Below are positions 49,355 through 59,354 of a DNA stretch of 64,000 nt, one piece after another. Under the pieces are notes generated by a model. That model searched no databases. It was not told the DNA's origin and worked only from the letters and a program-made list of their open reading frames with translations. Where the stretch lies: assembly GCA_963422365.1 (NCBI GenBank), contig OY729426.1, positions 960,001-1,024,000 on the forward strand. The letters are read 5' to 3'. Source of the DNA: Nitrospirales bacterium (GTDB taxonomy: Bacteria; Nitrospirota; Nitrospiria; Nitrospirales; UBA8639). Numbering within the stretch: the first letter of the stretch is position 1; every line of letters starts with the position of its first letter. The translations under genes were made by a program, and so were the position numbers.

Positions 49355-50221
49355 ATGACCGTACATTTCAGACAAGTCGCGATTGTTGGGGTCGGATTGA
49401 TCGGGGGCTCCCTGGGGATGATCTTGAAGCGTCAAGATCTGGCCGATCTCGTGGTCGGCGTGGGCCGGAGTCTGAGCAATCTGGACTTGGCCGTGCAACG
49501 GGGGGCCATTGATGCGTATGAACGCGATCCCAAAGCCGCGATGCCGGGCACGGAGTTAGTCATCCTCGCCACGCCCGTGGAAAGTTACGCCACGCATCTC
49601 AAGGAGTGGGGCAGTCTCTTGGACCCCGGAACGATCGTGAGCGACGTGGGGAGCATCAAGGGCTCCTTAGTGGAACAGGTAGAAGCCTTGGTCCCGGCCG
49701 GTGTGCATTTTGTGGGCGCGCATCCCATCGCGGGCAAGGAAACATCGGGGGTCGGGGAGAGCTCCGTCGATTTGTTCACCGGCACCCTGTGCATGATCAC
49801 GCCGACGGCGAACACCGATCCCCAAGCCGTTCTCATGGTTCAGCAAGTCTGGGAAGCCATGGGCGCCGTGGTCCGGTCGATCGATCCTTTTGTGCACGAT
49901 TGGATATTAGGAGCGGTCAGTCACCTTCCGCATGTCGCTGCCTTCGCACTCATGAATGCCTTGATGAATCTTCAACAACGGGGCAATGAAGAGTTGCTGG
50001 AGTATTCCGGCGGCGGTTTGCGGGATACCACCCGGATTGCGGCAAGCTCCCCGGAAATGTGGCGCGATATTTTTCTTGGGAATCATGACAATCTTCTGGT
50101 CATGATTGAAGCCATGGAAGAACAATTGCAATGTTTCAAGGCATTGATCGAAGCGAAGGACGGACCGGGCTTGGAGCGCGAAATCGCCAAGGCGAGGGAA
50201 GCGCGGCAGCGCTTGAAATGA
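49355..50221 (+). CDS. tyrA: Prephenate dehydrogenase
   Basis: GVGLIGGS, DVGSIK, HPIAG, SHLPH, RDTTRIA. Confidence 0.95.
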   Translation: MTVHFRQVAIVGVGLIGGSLGMILKRQDLADLVVGVGRSLSNLDLAVQRGAIDAYERDPKAAMPGTELVILATPVESYATHLKEWGSLLDPGTIVSDVGSIKGSLVEQVEALVPAGVHFVGAHPIAGKETSGVGESSVDLFTGTLCMITPTANTDPQAVLMVQQVWEAMGAVVRSIDPFVHDWILGAVSHLPHVAAFALMNALMNLQQRGNEELLEYSGGGLRDTTRIAASSPEMWRDIFLGNHDNLLVMIEAMEEQLQCFKALIEAKDGPGLEREIAKAREARQRLK

Positions 50222-51513
50222 GTTCACTCACGATCACACCGCAAGGACCCTTGCGTGGGACGATTCAGATTCCCGGTGACAAATCCGTCACCCATCGGGC
50301 CTTGTTGGTCAGCGCCCTGGCCGAAGGCGCATCCACGATTACGGGGTATTGTCGAGGAGAAGATTGCCGCAATATCCTCCGTGCGCTGCAAGCGTTAGGC
50401 ATTGCCATCGAGGTCGAAACAGACAAGGTCCTGGTCTCGGGCAAGGGGTTATGGGGATTGACCGAGCCCGTTCAACCGTTGGATTGCGGCAATTCGGGCA
50501 CAGGCCTTCGTCTGTTGGCTGGGGTACTTGCCGGTCAACCGTTTTGTTCGATCCTGACGGGTGACGACTCGCTTCGCCGCCGCCCCATGGGGCGAATCGT
50601 CACCCCCTTGCGCATGATGGGCGCCGCGATTCAGGGCAGAAGAGGGGGTGAATTGGCGCCGTTGGCCATTCAGGGCGGTGCCTTAAAGGGGATCGAATAT
50701 CAATCGCCGGTGTCGAGTGCCCAGATCAAATCGGCGGTACTCTTTGCGGGACTCTTTGCCGAAGGGGAGACGCGGTTTTCCGAGCCCGCGCACTCTCGGG
50801 ATCATACCGAGCGGATGTTCCGGTATCTCGGGATTCCGTTTGCAACCGAGGGGGATGACATCGTCCTGCCGGGCCGTCCCACCTACGCGGCCAAGGATTT
50901 GGTCGTGCCAGGCGACTTGTCGGCCGCAGCCTTTTTTATCGTGGGAGCTACCCTGATTCCAGAGTCTGAGGTGCGGATCGTGAATATCGGACTCAATCCG
51001 GCCAGAACCGGGATATTAGACATTCTTGTCGACATGGGGGCCGATATCCTGATTGTCAATCGGCGAGAACAAGCAGGGGAGCCGATGGGCGACTTGGTGG
51101 TCCGCGCAGCCCCGCTTCGCGGCATCACCATCGGGGCAGAACAAGTTCCGAACATGATTGACGAATTTCCCATTTTTTGCGTGGCCGCGGCATTAGCCGA
51201 AGGCCCAACGGTCGTGACGGGGGCTGAAGAGCTACGCGTCAAGGAAACTGACCGGATTCATGCGGTGGCAACGGAATTGACCAAGCTCAACATGCCCATT
51301 CAGGAAACCCCTGACGGATTTATTCTGCACGGGGGCGCCGACGTCAAAGGCGGAACTTGTATGAGCTATGGTGACCATCGTGTGGCCATGGCATTGGCGA
51401 TTGCCGCCTTAACCGGCGATGTGCCGACAACCATCCTCGATACCGACTGCATCGCGACCTCCTTCCCGAATTTCCATGACAACTTGTTGGAATTATTGAC
51501 AATTTCACACTAA
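50218..51513 (+). CDS. aroA: EPSP synthase
   Basis: PGDKSVTHR, GNSGT, SAQIKSA, LRVKETDR, GDHR. Confidence 0.97.
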   Translation: MSSLTITPQGPLRGTIQIPGDKSVTHRALLVSALAEGASTITGYCRGEDCRNILRALQALGIAIEVETDKVLVSGKGLWGLTEPVQPLDCGNSGTGLRLLAGVLAGQPFCSILTGDDSLRRRPMGRIVTPLRMMGAAIQGRRGGELAPLAIQGGALKGIEYQSPVSSAQIKSAVLFAGLFAEGETRFSEPAHSRDHTERMFRYLGIPFATEGDDIVLPGRPTYAAKDLVVPGDLSAAAFFIVGATLIPESEVRIVNIGLNPARTGILDILVDMGADILIVNRREQAGEPMGDLVVRAAPLRGITIGAEQVPNMIDEFPIFCVAAALAEGPTVVTGAEELRVKETDRIHAVATELTKLNMPIQETPDGFILHGGADVKGGTCMSYGDHRVAMALAIAALTGDVPTTILDTDCIATSFPNFHDNLLELLTISH

Positions 51514-51523
51514 ATTCTATAAT
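51496..51523 (+). promoter_or_regulatory. Consensus sigma70 promoter for cmk-plsC-rpsA, overlapping the aroA 3' end
   Basis: TTGACA-N16-TATAAT, 26 nt before the cmk ATG. Confidence 0.7.
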
Positions 51524-51549
51524 AATGTCCTTTTCACAGAACTGTAAAG

Positions 51550-52230
51550 ATGTTTGCCAACAGGCAAGGCTTACTCATCACGATTGACGGCCCTGCAGGG
51601 GCAGGGAAAAGCACGACGGCGCGGGCGTTAGCGTCGCGTTTGGGCTATGCCTATCTTGATACGGGTGCCCTCTACCGAGCGGTCGCATGGGTGGTCCAAC
51701 GAACGGGGACTGATGGTTCCGATGCGGTGGCCATGGAGGCGCTGTTAGCCTCAATGGATTTTCGCGTGTCTCTCGAAGAAGGGAGAACCCGAATTTTTAT
51801 TGACAACGAAGACATCACCGCGCAATTGCGTGCTCCTGAAATCAGTCGGTTGGCGTCAACCGTCGCGGCGCTTCCGCGCGTTCGCAAACGGCTGTTACCG
51901 ATTCAAGTGCGGTATCGCCGTGAGGGCGGGATTGTGGCAGAAGGCCGTGATATGGGAACCCACGTGTTTCCTGAAGCGGACGTGAAATTTTTTCTTGAGG
52001 CGGATCTTGAGACGCGGACGACTCGCCGGTATCAAGAGACGGTGCGGGCCGGTCATCCCGAAACCCAACGTGACATTCGGCAGGGAATTCAGGCACGAGA
52101 TACCAACGATCGATCGCGGGAAACCGCGCCGTTGAAGCCGGCGGCTGATGCGGTGGTGATTGATTCCTCGTCTTTGACGGTTGACCAGGTGGTGGGAAAC
52201 ATGATGGAGTGGATTCCAGGTCACTCGTGA
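51550..52230 (+). CDS. cmk: Cytidylate kinase
   Basis: IDGPAGAGKST, LDTGALYR, EGRDMGT. Confidence 0.97.
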   Translation: MFANRQGLLITIDGPAGAGKSTTARALASRLGYAYLDTGALYRAVAWVVQRTGTDGSDAVAMEALLASMDFRVSLEEGRTRIFIDNEDITAQLRAPEISRLASTVAALPRVRKRLLPIQVRYRREGGIVAEGRDMGTHVFPEADVKFFLEADLETRTTRRYQETVRAGHPETQRDIRQGIQARDTNDRSRETAPLKPAADAVVIDSSSLTVDQVVGNMMEWIPGHS

Positions 52231-52868
52231 GTGCCTTGGTGTATGGCATCCTATGGATCCTCTGTCGCGTTGTCAGCCGCCTGTTCCTGTCCTATCGCAC
52301 ACGAGGCGTTGAACACGTTCCGGCAGCGGGTGGTGTGTTATTAGCGGCGAATCACGCGAGCTATGCGGATATTCCGTTATTGGGATGCGCGGTCAGGCTC
52401 CGCCTCTTTTATCTCGGGCGGGCCACGTTGTTTCCCTCTCCCCTGGTGGGTCGAATCCTTCGCGCGCTGGGGTGGATTCCGTTAAAGCCTGAGCGATGGG
52501 ATCGAAAAGCGTTCCAATCGGTCGTGGAGTTGCTCAAGGCGGGCAAGGCCGTGGTCATTTTTCCGGAAGGGACGCGAACGCCTGACGGTGCGCTGCAGAA
52601 GGGGAAACCGGGAATCGGGCGGATTGTGGAGGAAGCCCAATGTCCCGTGGTGCCAGTGTATCTCAGAGGGACGTATCAGGTCCTCCCGACCGGAGCGTCA
52701 TGGCTGAGGCGGCATCCGGTGGAAGTGTTGTTTGGTGAGTCCATTGATTTTCGTGACGAATGTCGACAATACCAAGGGAAAGCGTTATACCAACATATCA
52801 GTCAGACGGTAATGGCTCGGATTGCTGAATTGCGCGGCGTGGATGATTCGGCAGGACCGACAACATGA
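52227..52868 (+). CDS. plsC: 1-acyl-sn-glycerol-3-phosphate acyltransferase
   Basis: NHASYAD, FPEGTR; GTGA overlap with cmk. Confidence 0.9.
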   Translation: MSALVYGILWILCRVVSRLFLSYRTRGVEHVPAAGGVLLAANHASYADIPLLGCAVRLRLFYLGRATLFPSPLVGRILRALGWIPLKPERWDRKAFQSVVELLKAGKAVVIFPEGTRTPDGALQKGKPGIGRIVEEAQCPVVPVYLRGTYQVLPTGASWLRRHPVEVLFGESIDFRDECRQYQGKALYQHISQTVMARIAELRGVDDSAGPTT

Positions 52869-52955
52869 ACCTGAGAGATCGAGCCTCCACATCGCGGCGG
52901 GTTTGATCTTTCGCACAATGGTTGCTGGAAAGCGATCGGAAGTTAGGAATTGCGA

Positions 52956-54671
52956 ATGAACACTGTGGCAAACGTCATCGAAGAAATAGACCGCGAGGAT
53001 TTGGAGGCCCTGTATGAAGAAACCTTTAAAAATTTCGAAGAAGGCACGATTACGGAAGGTCGGGTCGTGGTCATTCAAAAAGACCGAGTGATCGTGGACA
53101 TTGGATATAAATCCGAAGGCATCATCTCGACGAATCAGTTTCTTCCGGACGAACTGAGCACGTTGGCGGTCGGCGACCCCATTCAGGTGTATATCGAGCA
53201 ACGTGAAGATTCAGAAGGGAACTTGCTCCTCTCCAAGGAAAAAGCTGACAAGATGAAAGTGTGGGATGAGCTTGAGGTCTCGCATCAGGAGGAAAAAGAA
53301 GTCCACGGAAAAGTGGTCTCACGCATTAAAGGCGGGATGATGGTCGATATCGGGGTCAAGGCCTTTTTGCCCGGTTCGCAAATCGATCTGACGCCCATCC
53401 GCGATTTGGACGCGCTGGTTGGAAAAACCTTCCCGTTTAAAATTATTAAAATCAATCATCGGCGCGGCAATGTCGTGATTTCCCGTCGGGCCCTATTAGA
53501 AGAAACGCGAGACAGGCGGCGGCAAAGCACGTTGTCGACCCTCGCCGAAGGGCAATTGCTCACAGGAATCGTGAAAAACATCACCGACTACGGCGCGTTT
53601 TTGGATTTAGGCGGCATTGATGGCCTGCTGCATATCACCGACATTTCCTGGGGGCGCGTCGGCCATCCGTCCGATATATTTGCCGTGGGGGATCGGGTGG
53701 AAGTGCTGGTGCTCAAATACGATCGCGAGACAGGAAGAATTTCCTTAGGGCTCAAACAGAAGACGGCTGATCCCTGGATGAATATCGCCTCCAAATACCC
53801 CGAAGGGTCGCGAGTGAATGGCAAGGTGGTCAGCCTGACCGATTACGGAGCGTTTGTGGAATTGGAGCCGGGTATTGAAGGGCTCGTGCATGTATCGGAA
53901 ATGTCCTGGACGCATGAAGTGCGCCATCCGTCCCGAGTGGTCGCGGTGAACGATGCCGTCGACGCGCAAGTGCTGCATGTGGACCAGCAAGGCCGCAAGA
54001 TTTCGCTCGGCATGAAGCAGACCGCGCCCAATCCGTGGGATGTCATTCAGGCCCGCTACCCGATGGGGACGCAAATCGAAGGCAAAGTCAAAAGTGTCAC
54101 GGACTTTGGAGCCTTCGTGGGGTTGGACGAAGGGATTGACGGGCTGATTCATATTTCGGATATGTCGTGGACCAAACACATCAAACACCCCTCGGAATTG
54201 TTCAAGAAGGGCCAACGGGTGGCCGCGACCATTTTGCGCATCGACAAAGAAAAAGAGCGGTTGTCGCTGGGCTACAAACAGCTCACGGCGGATCCGTGGG
54301 CATCGGACATCCCTTCGCGGTATCGCGTGGGCAGCGTGACGACCGGGACGGTTTCCAAGATCGCGGATTTCGGGGTATTTGTCGAACTGGACGGGGACGT
54401 GGAGGGGTTGATCCACGTCAGCGAAGTCCGTCCTGATGGGGCGAATAAGCTGCAAGAGAGTTTTGTGATAGGCCGGAACGTGACCGCGAAAATTGTCAGA
54501 GTGGATTGTGAAGAACGAAAAATTGCGTTGAGCGTGAAAGACTATGCGCAGGAATCGGAAAGCCAGCCACTCGAAGCGGTTTCTGATGCCCCTGGCGAAG
54601 TCGATCCGAGTCTTGGCCAAGTCGACCAAGAGCCGGACGTTTCGGCCTCGTCAGAAACGGACAGCGCGTAG
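52956..54671 (+). CDS. rpsA: 30S ribosomal protein S1
   Basis: Six S1 repeats (YGAFLDLGGIDGLLHITD and similar). Confidence 0.98.
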   Translation: MNTVANVIEEIDREDLEALYEETFKNFEEGTITEGRVVVIQKDRVIVDIGYKSEGIISTNQFLPDELSTLAVGDPIQVYIEQREDSEGNLLLSKEKADKMKVWDELEVSHQEEKEVHGKVVSRIKGGMMVDIGVKAFLPGSQIDLTPIRDLDALVGKTFPFKIIKINHRRGNVVISRRALLEETRDRRRQSTLSTLAEGQLLTGIVKNITDYGAFLDLGGIDGLLHITDISWGRVGHPSDIFAVGDRVEVLVLKYDRETGRISLGLKQKTADPWMNIASKYPEGSRVNGKVVSLTDYGAFVELEPGIEGLVHVSEMSWTHEVRHPSRVVAVNDAVDAQVLHVDQQGRKISLGMKQTAPNPWDVIQARYPMGTQIEGKVKSVTDFGAFVGLDEGIDGLIHISDMSWTKHIKHPSELFKKGQRVAATILRIDKEKERLSLGYKQLTADPWASDIPSRYRVGSVTTGTVSKIADFGVFVELDGDVEGLIHVSEVRPDGANKLQESFVIGRNVTAKIVRVDCEERKIALSVKDYAQESESQPLEAVSDAPGEVDPSLGQVDQEPDVSASSETDSA

Positions 54672-54695
54672 ACGATTTTTGTTGTGCAGGCGTGT

Positions 54696-55589
54696 ATGGC
54701 AGACGACACATCTTCAGAAAAAAGGGCTTTCAGGTGGCGATGGATCGTCTGGATATTGCTGGGTGCCATGGTGTTGACCGTGGGAGGGAACGCGCTGTTG
54801 CCGGAATTCGCCATGGTCGGCAAAGAGCGCATCGCGCTTGTCAGGATTGAAGGTCCCATTCTGGACGCCCGATCAACCGTGGAGGAGTTGGAATCGTATG
54901 CCCAAGATCCACTCGTCAAGGCTCTTGTCCTTCGGATCGATTCTCCGGGCGGCGGGGTGGTGCCCTCTCAAGAGATTTATAATGCGGTCAAACGAGTGCG
55001 GGAAGAAAAGCAGAAAACGGTGGTGGCCTCCATGGGGACGGTGGCGGCCTCTGGCGGATATTATATTGCAGTGGCCTCCGATCGAATCCTGGCCAACCCC
55101 GGCACCCTCACGGGCAGCATCGGGGTGATTATGCAATTAGCCAATTTTGAAGAGCTCATGGACAAAATCGGCGTGAAGAATTTCGTGATAAAAAGCGGAC
55201 GGTATAAAGACATAGGGTCGCCGTTTCGCATGATGGGCGAAGAGGATCGGACCCTGTTGCAATCGGTGATGGACGATGCACATCGTCAGTTTATCGAAGC
55301 CGTGGCCGAAGGCCGCTCGCTGGATGTCGCTGATGTCGAAGTGTTGGCGGACGGGCGGGTGTTGACTGGGCAACAAGCCAAGGATGTGCTCCTCGTGGAT
55401 GATCTGGGCGATCTGCAAGATGCTGTCAGATTGGCGGCGGATATCAGTGGGTTGAAAGATACTCCGCCGGTCGTCGAGACTCCCCCTAAATTTTCATTCC
55501 GGGATTGGTTGGTCGGGTCCCTGTTCGGGGACACGTCCGTGTTGCCTCTTCAAACAGGGATGACCCTCATGTATGTCATGGCGTTTTAA
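54696..55589 (+). CDS. sppA: Signal peptide peptidase SppA
   Basis: RIDSPGG, AASGGYY, TGSIGV, KSGRYKD. Confidence 0.95.
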   Translation: MADDTSSEKRAFRWRWIVWILLGAMVLTVGGNALLPEFAMVGKERIALVRIEGPILDARSTVEELESYAQDPLVKALVLRIDSPGGGVVPSQEIYNAVKRVREEKQKTVVASMGTVAASGGYYIAVASDRILANPGTLTGSIGVIMQLANFEELMDKIGVKNFVIKSGRYKDIGSPFRMMGEEDRTLLQSVMDDAHRQFIEAVAEGRSLDVADVEVLADGRVLTGQQAKDVLLVDDLGDLQDAVRLAADISGLKDTPPVVETPPKFSFRDWLVGSLFGDTSVLPLQTGMTLMYVMAF

Positions 55590-55648
55590 GGAAACGGAAC
55601 AAGCGGAGTGAGTGCAAGGGGCGTTGAGCCAGATCAAGAAGAAGGCGA

Positions 55649-55948
55649 ATGACCAAAGCACACCTGATTGAGAAAGTGGCGGAGAAAGCCAAGACCCTCA
55701 GCCGCCGTGAAGCAGAAAAGGTGGTGAATGGCATTTTCGATTCCATCCGTGACGCCTTGAAGCGGGGCGAAAAAACAGAGGTTCGCGGGTTTGGAAGTTT
55801 CCGGTTGCGCATCCGACGCACTAAAGACGGACGTAATCCGAAAACAGGAGAAACCGTGTCTGTACCTAAAAAACGGATGCCGTTCTTTAAAGCAGGAAAA
55901 GAAATCAGAGAACTGCTGAATGAAAAAAGGCCGGAGCAGAACGTATGA
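55649..55948 (+). CDS. ihfB: Integration host factor beta/HU-family protein
   Basis: EVRGFGSF, GRNPKTGE, PFFKAGK; position after rpsA-sppA. Confidence 0.9.
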   Translation: MTKAHLIEKVAEKAKTLSRREAEKVVNGIFDSIRDALKRGEKTEVRGFGSFRLRIRRTKDGRNPKTGETVSVPKKRMPFFKAGKEIRELLNEKRPEQNV

Positions 55949-56931
55949 GTGATGCTGATCCTAAGACCACACTGCCTGCGCCGGTCTGGACCGCCGAGGC
56001 CCTCACTCGGCTTGAACGGGCGCCGGTCTTTTTACGGGGTATGGTCAAACGCTTAGCGGAAAAGAAAGCGCGCGAATTGGGAAAAGGCGAGATTACGGGG
56101 GAATTGCTGGACCAATTCAGGCATCAAATGATGGGGAGCATGGGCGGAGAAGCTGGGATGGCCGAAGCGGCGAGTCAGGTGGAGCAAGGGCAGGTGCCGT
56201 GGACGGCCGAAGCGCGCAAACGGTTGGACGGCGTGCCGGCATTTATGCACGCGATGATCAAACAAATTACGGAAGAGATGGCTCGGGAACGGGGGCATTT
56301 GGAAGTCAATGTGGAACTGTTTGAAAAAGCCGAAGCCCTGGGGGAACAGGCCAACGGATTCACGCCCCTGGAATGGACCGAAGGGGCAACGGCCATGCTT
56401 CAGGAAAAAGTCAAACATTCTCCACCCATTGCCTTGGACTTTGTCACGGAGATGCTGAAGCGGGATGCGGAAGACTTGGCGCGGGAATCCGGGGTGACCA
56501 CGATTGATGAGCAGACGCTGGTCAAGGTATGGGAAGCACCGCAGGAAAAAGTGGCCTGGACGGACGAAGCCTGGAAACGGTTGCTCACGTCCCCCGATTT
56601 TGTGCGCAGTGGGATTCGCAAGGCGGCGGAGCGGCGGGCCAGAAAACTCGGGTTACAGGAAATCGACTCCGGACACCTGACCACATTTCGGAATGAAGCC
56701 ATGATGAAAGCCGTCAAGCGGATCAGAAGTTTCGGGTATCAAGAATTGACCTTTGACGCCTTTGATGATGCGTTGGCGAAAGTCAAGCGTTTGAAAGGAA
56801 ATAGCCAAGCTGAGCAACGATTGGAAGAAATTCGGGAATTCATGACAAAAGAAAAACCGGAAGTCGGCGTGCTCGGTGAAGAACTCATGGACCGATTTCG
56901 CAAGTATCTCAAAGGCGAAGGCAAGCTTTAG
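55945..56931 (+). CDS. Protein with four tandem PCP_red (BchB/ChlB C-terminal-like) domains
   Basis: Four WTxEA..L..P.F....E..AR..G repeats; ATGA-coupled to ihfB. Confidence 0.8.
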   Translation: MSDADPKTTLPAPVWTAEALTRLERAPVFLRGMVKRLAEKKARELGKGEITGELLDQFRHQMMGSMGGEAGMAEAASQVEQGQVPWTAEARKRLDGVPAFMHAMIKQITEEMARERGHLEVNVELFEKAEALGEQANGFTPLEWTEGATAMLQEKVKHSPPIALDFVTEMLKRDAEDLARESGVTTIDEQTLVKVWEAPQEKVAWTDEAWKRLLTSPDFVRSGIRKAAERRARKLGLQEIDSGHLTTFRNEAMMKAVKRIRSFGYQELTFDAFDDALAKVKRLKGNSQAEQRLEEIREFMTKEKPEVGVLGEELMDRFRKYLKGEGKL

Positions 56932-57065
56932 AATGCGCGAGGTGCTCCGGGTCCACCGCACGACTGCAAATTCCACGGAAGCGCCGCAACGGAACTGGCT
57001 GGCAACCCCTGCCGTCATCTCGCTGATTCCCCAATAGGCTGGACATCGCCAGACCTTATCCCACA

Positions 57066-58574
57066 TCAGCCGCTCAGTGGTCGCTCGTCATCCATTGCGT
57101 CAGTCAGCGGTCCGTGGAGGTATAGGTCGGTACGCTGTTTTCCACCTTGAACATGCCCGAACGCGCGCGAGTCCGACTCTTCCGGGAAACCCGCGAGAGT
57201 CAGAACGCGAGGCATCAGCAAGCAGGACTGGCAGCAGCCTTTTACGGGGATGACGCAGCGCTTCTTCACTGTCGTAACGTTTCGAGCCCTCAAAGCCGGG
57301 AGTGACTATCGCCTTGAGTTCGAGCGCCGCATCGAGGCGAATCCCTAGGCCGGAATCACGCGTCATTGGCAACGGCTTCGCTCCGGCATGGTTCACACGC
57401 TTCCGTCGCGCGTGCCCGAGAAAGACCGGGACACCTTCACAATCGGGCTCGGGAGTTGCTTCTACAATCATCGGGACGGTGGCCATGCCGCGGCGTCCTA
57501 CAAGGTGCTTGACGAGCGCAGAAGCCAATCCGTTCGCCCGGACATCACCGTGCTGGCAGGGGATCAGGTCTACCTGGATAGGATATCGGCTTCGATTCGC
57601 TGTCGCTGATCGAAAAAGAAATCCGCCAGCGCATTGCTGACGACTATGCCCTCCACTGGCAGGCACTCGGCAGCATGCTGAGCAGAGGCGGCACGTGGAT
57701 GTTGCCAGACGATCACGAATTGGAATGACTACCCCTTTCTCGACTCCCTCATCCCGACCCTGCTTGCTCTCAAATTCCCGCACGTTCGCCAAACCTGGAC
57801 AAAAGCGGCGTACGATAGTGTCAAGCACATCCACCGCTCACCTGTGGTGGAAGCCTTTACCCTCGGGTACGACCTGTGTGTGCCTAGCCGACTTGCGTTC
57901 CCACCGTTCCGAGCACGAATTCCTCCCAAAGGAAGCGTTCAAAAAACTACTCGATTGGTCAGGTCATCGTGCCTGCCCGGGCGTACTTGTCATCTCGCAG
58001 CCGTTGATCGTGATCGAGAACAATGTCGAGCGGAACCTCCGCAGTTACCAACCCAGTATGCCCAGTTGCTGAAAGCGCTGGGCTCGGTTTCCCACGATGT
58101 CGTCGTGCTCAACGGCGACGTGCACTTCGGACGCATTGCCAGCGTCCAGATCGGAATCAAGGGCGTACGGCTCGTCGACATTATCTCATCGCCGATGTCC
58201 AATGTAACCGGCCTCAATGGACTGGACGCCAGCGTGGCCACGGACAGGCCCAAACAGTTCCCGCACCACCGGCCGCCAACGCTCTGGGGTGGCAACCGCA
58301 AACGGTGAACTATGACAAGAACGGAGGAGCCAGAGGTCGCTTCTTTGTGCCATCCCGGAAGGGCCGTTGGCTGTCGGCGTACCCCAAGACCCGGACACAA
58401 GAACACATGATGACGGTAGGTTTCCCATGCAGGGGGCATCGAAGTGACAGCCAATGCCTGGCTGGTGCGTCAGAGAACAAAGATCGGAAACATGCCTGTC
58501 AGGATCTTCGCCAAACCATTCCTGACCATCTTGACGTAGGCTCACCACACCAAACCCACGCCGGTTTCTTGTAG
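57066..58574 (+). pseudogene. PhoD-like alkaline phosphatase, multiply frameshifted
   Basis: IGLGSCFY, LAGDQVYLD, WMLPDDHE, WNDYPF and VLNGDVHFGR scattered over different frames; boundaries approximate. Confidence 0.75.
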
Positions 58575-58663
58575 GGTGTGACCATTATGCACAGTCCTTC
58601 TGTCATTTTTGTCTTTTCCTTCTCTTTGTAAGGGGAGGCAAGGTCTTCATGTTGTTAAAAACC

Positions 58664-58694
58664 GAGATTCTTTCGCCTTCGGCTCAGAATGACA
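58664..58694. repeat. Single REP unit (GAGATTCTTTCG..GCTCAGAATGACA)
   Basis: Same family as the 38799-38887 doublet. Confidence 0.7.
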
Positions 58695-58716
58695 GCCTTG
58701 GCGCCGCTCTTTTCTT

Positions 58717-59349
58717 TCATTCCGCTTTTCCTTGTGCGGAACGGGCGGCCTCTCTGGCCAGTTGATCCACCAGCTCATTATACTTTTCGCCAGAGTGGGC
58801 TCGCACTTTGTGCCACGTAAGGGTCATGCCCAAGGCCTGGACCTGCTCCACGTACGCTCGGGTAAAGGGCGTCGTGGTCTTCCACGCGCCTTCCACCCAA
58901 CTGGCTAACCCCTGGTAGTCGAAATAGACCGTGACCGCTGCAATGCCATGTGCCTGACACCACGCCAGCGCCCGCAAGACCGCCTGAATTTCTCCTGCCA
59001 CGTTTCGATGCCGGCACGCTTCGGCGGGCACGTCATGCCCGCTCGCCCGATGGAGTTCCCGTTCGCCGTCGAGGATGACGTAGGCCCAGCCGAAGTGCAG
59101 GCGTCCATTACTGCTTCGCAGACATGACCCATCGACCCAAATGTGTATGAGACCGGTTGTTGGAAGGGCGTCGTCCGAGGGAAGGAAGGTCAAAGTGTGA
59201 AGGGGTTCTCCCACAAACGCTTGGGCCTGTTCTTTCGTTGAAAAGGCTTTGTAGATGGCTCCGGGAAAGCCTTTGACCTGGGCTTCACAAGCAGGCCAGG
59301 TTGTATAGACCCCATGTTGGCGCCCCGTGCGGACGGCATAAAATTTCAT
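58717..59349 (-). CDS. rnhA: Ribonuclease HI with an N-terminal hybrid-binding (caulimovirus viroplasmin-like) domain
   Basis: KFYAVRTGR..W..C..QVKGFPGAIYKAF; WVDGS, RNVAGE, DYQG, KVRAHSG..NELVDQLA. Confidence 0.92.
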   Translation of the reverse strand: MKFYAVRTGRQHGVYTTWPACEAQVKGFPGAIYKAFSTKEQAQAFVGEPLHTLTFLPSDDALPTTGLIHIWVDGSCLRSSNGRLHFGWAYVILDGERELHRASGHDVPAEACRHRNVAGEIQAVLRALAWCQAHGIAAVTVYFDYQGLASWVEGAWKTTTPFTRAYVEQVQALGMTLTWHKVRAHSGEKYNELVDQLAREAARSAQGKAE

Positions 59350-59354
59350 GGAGT

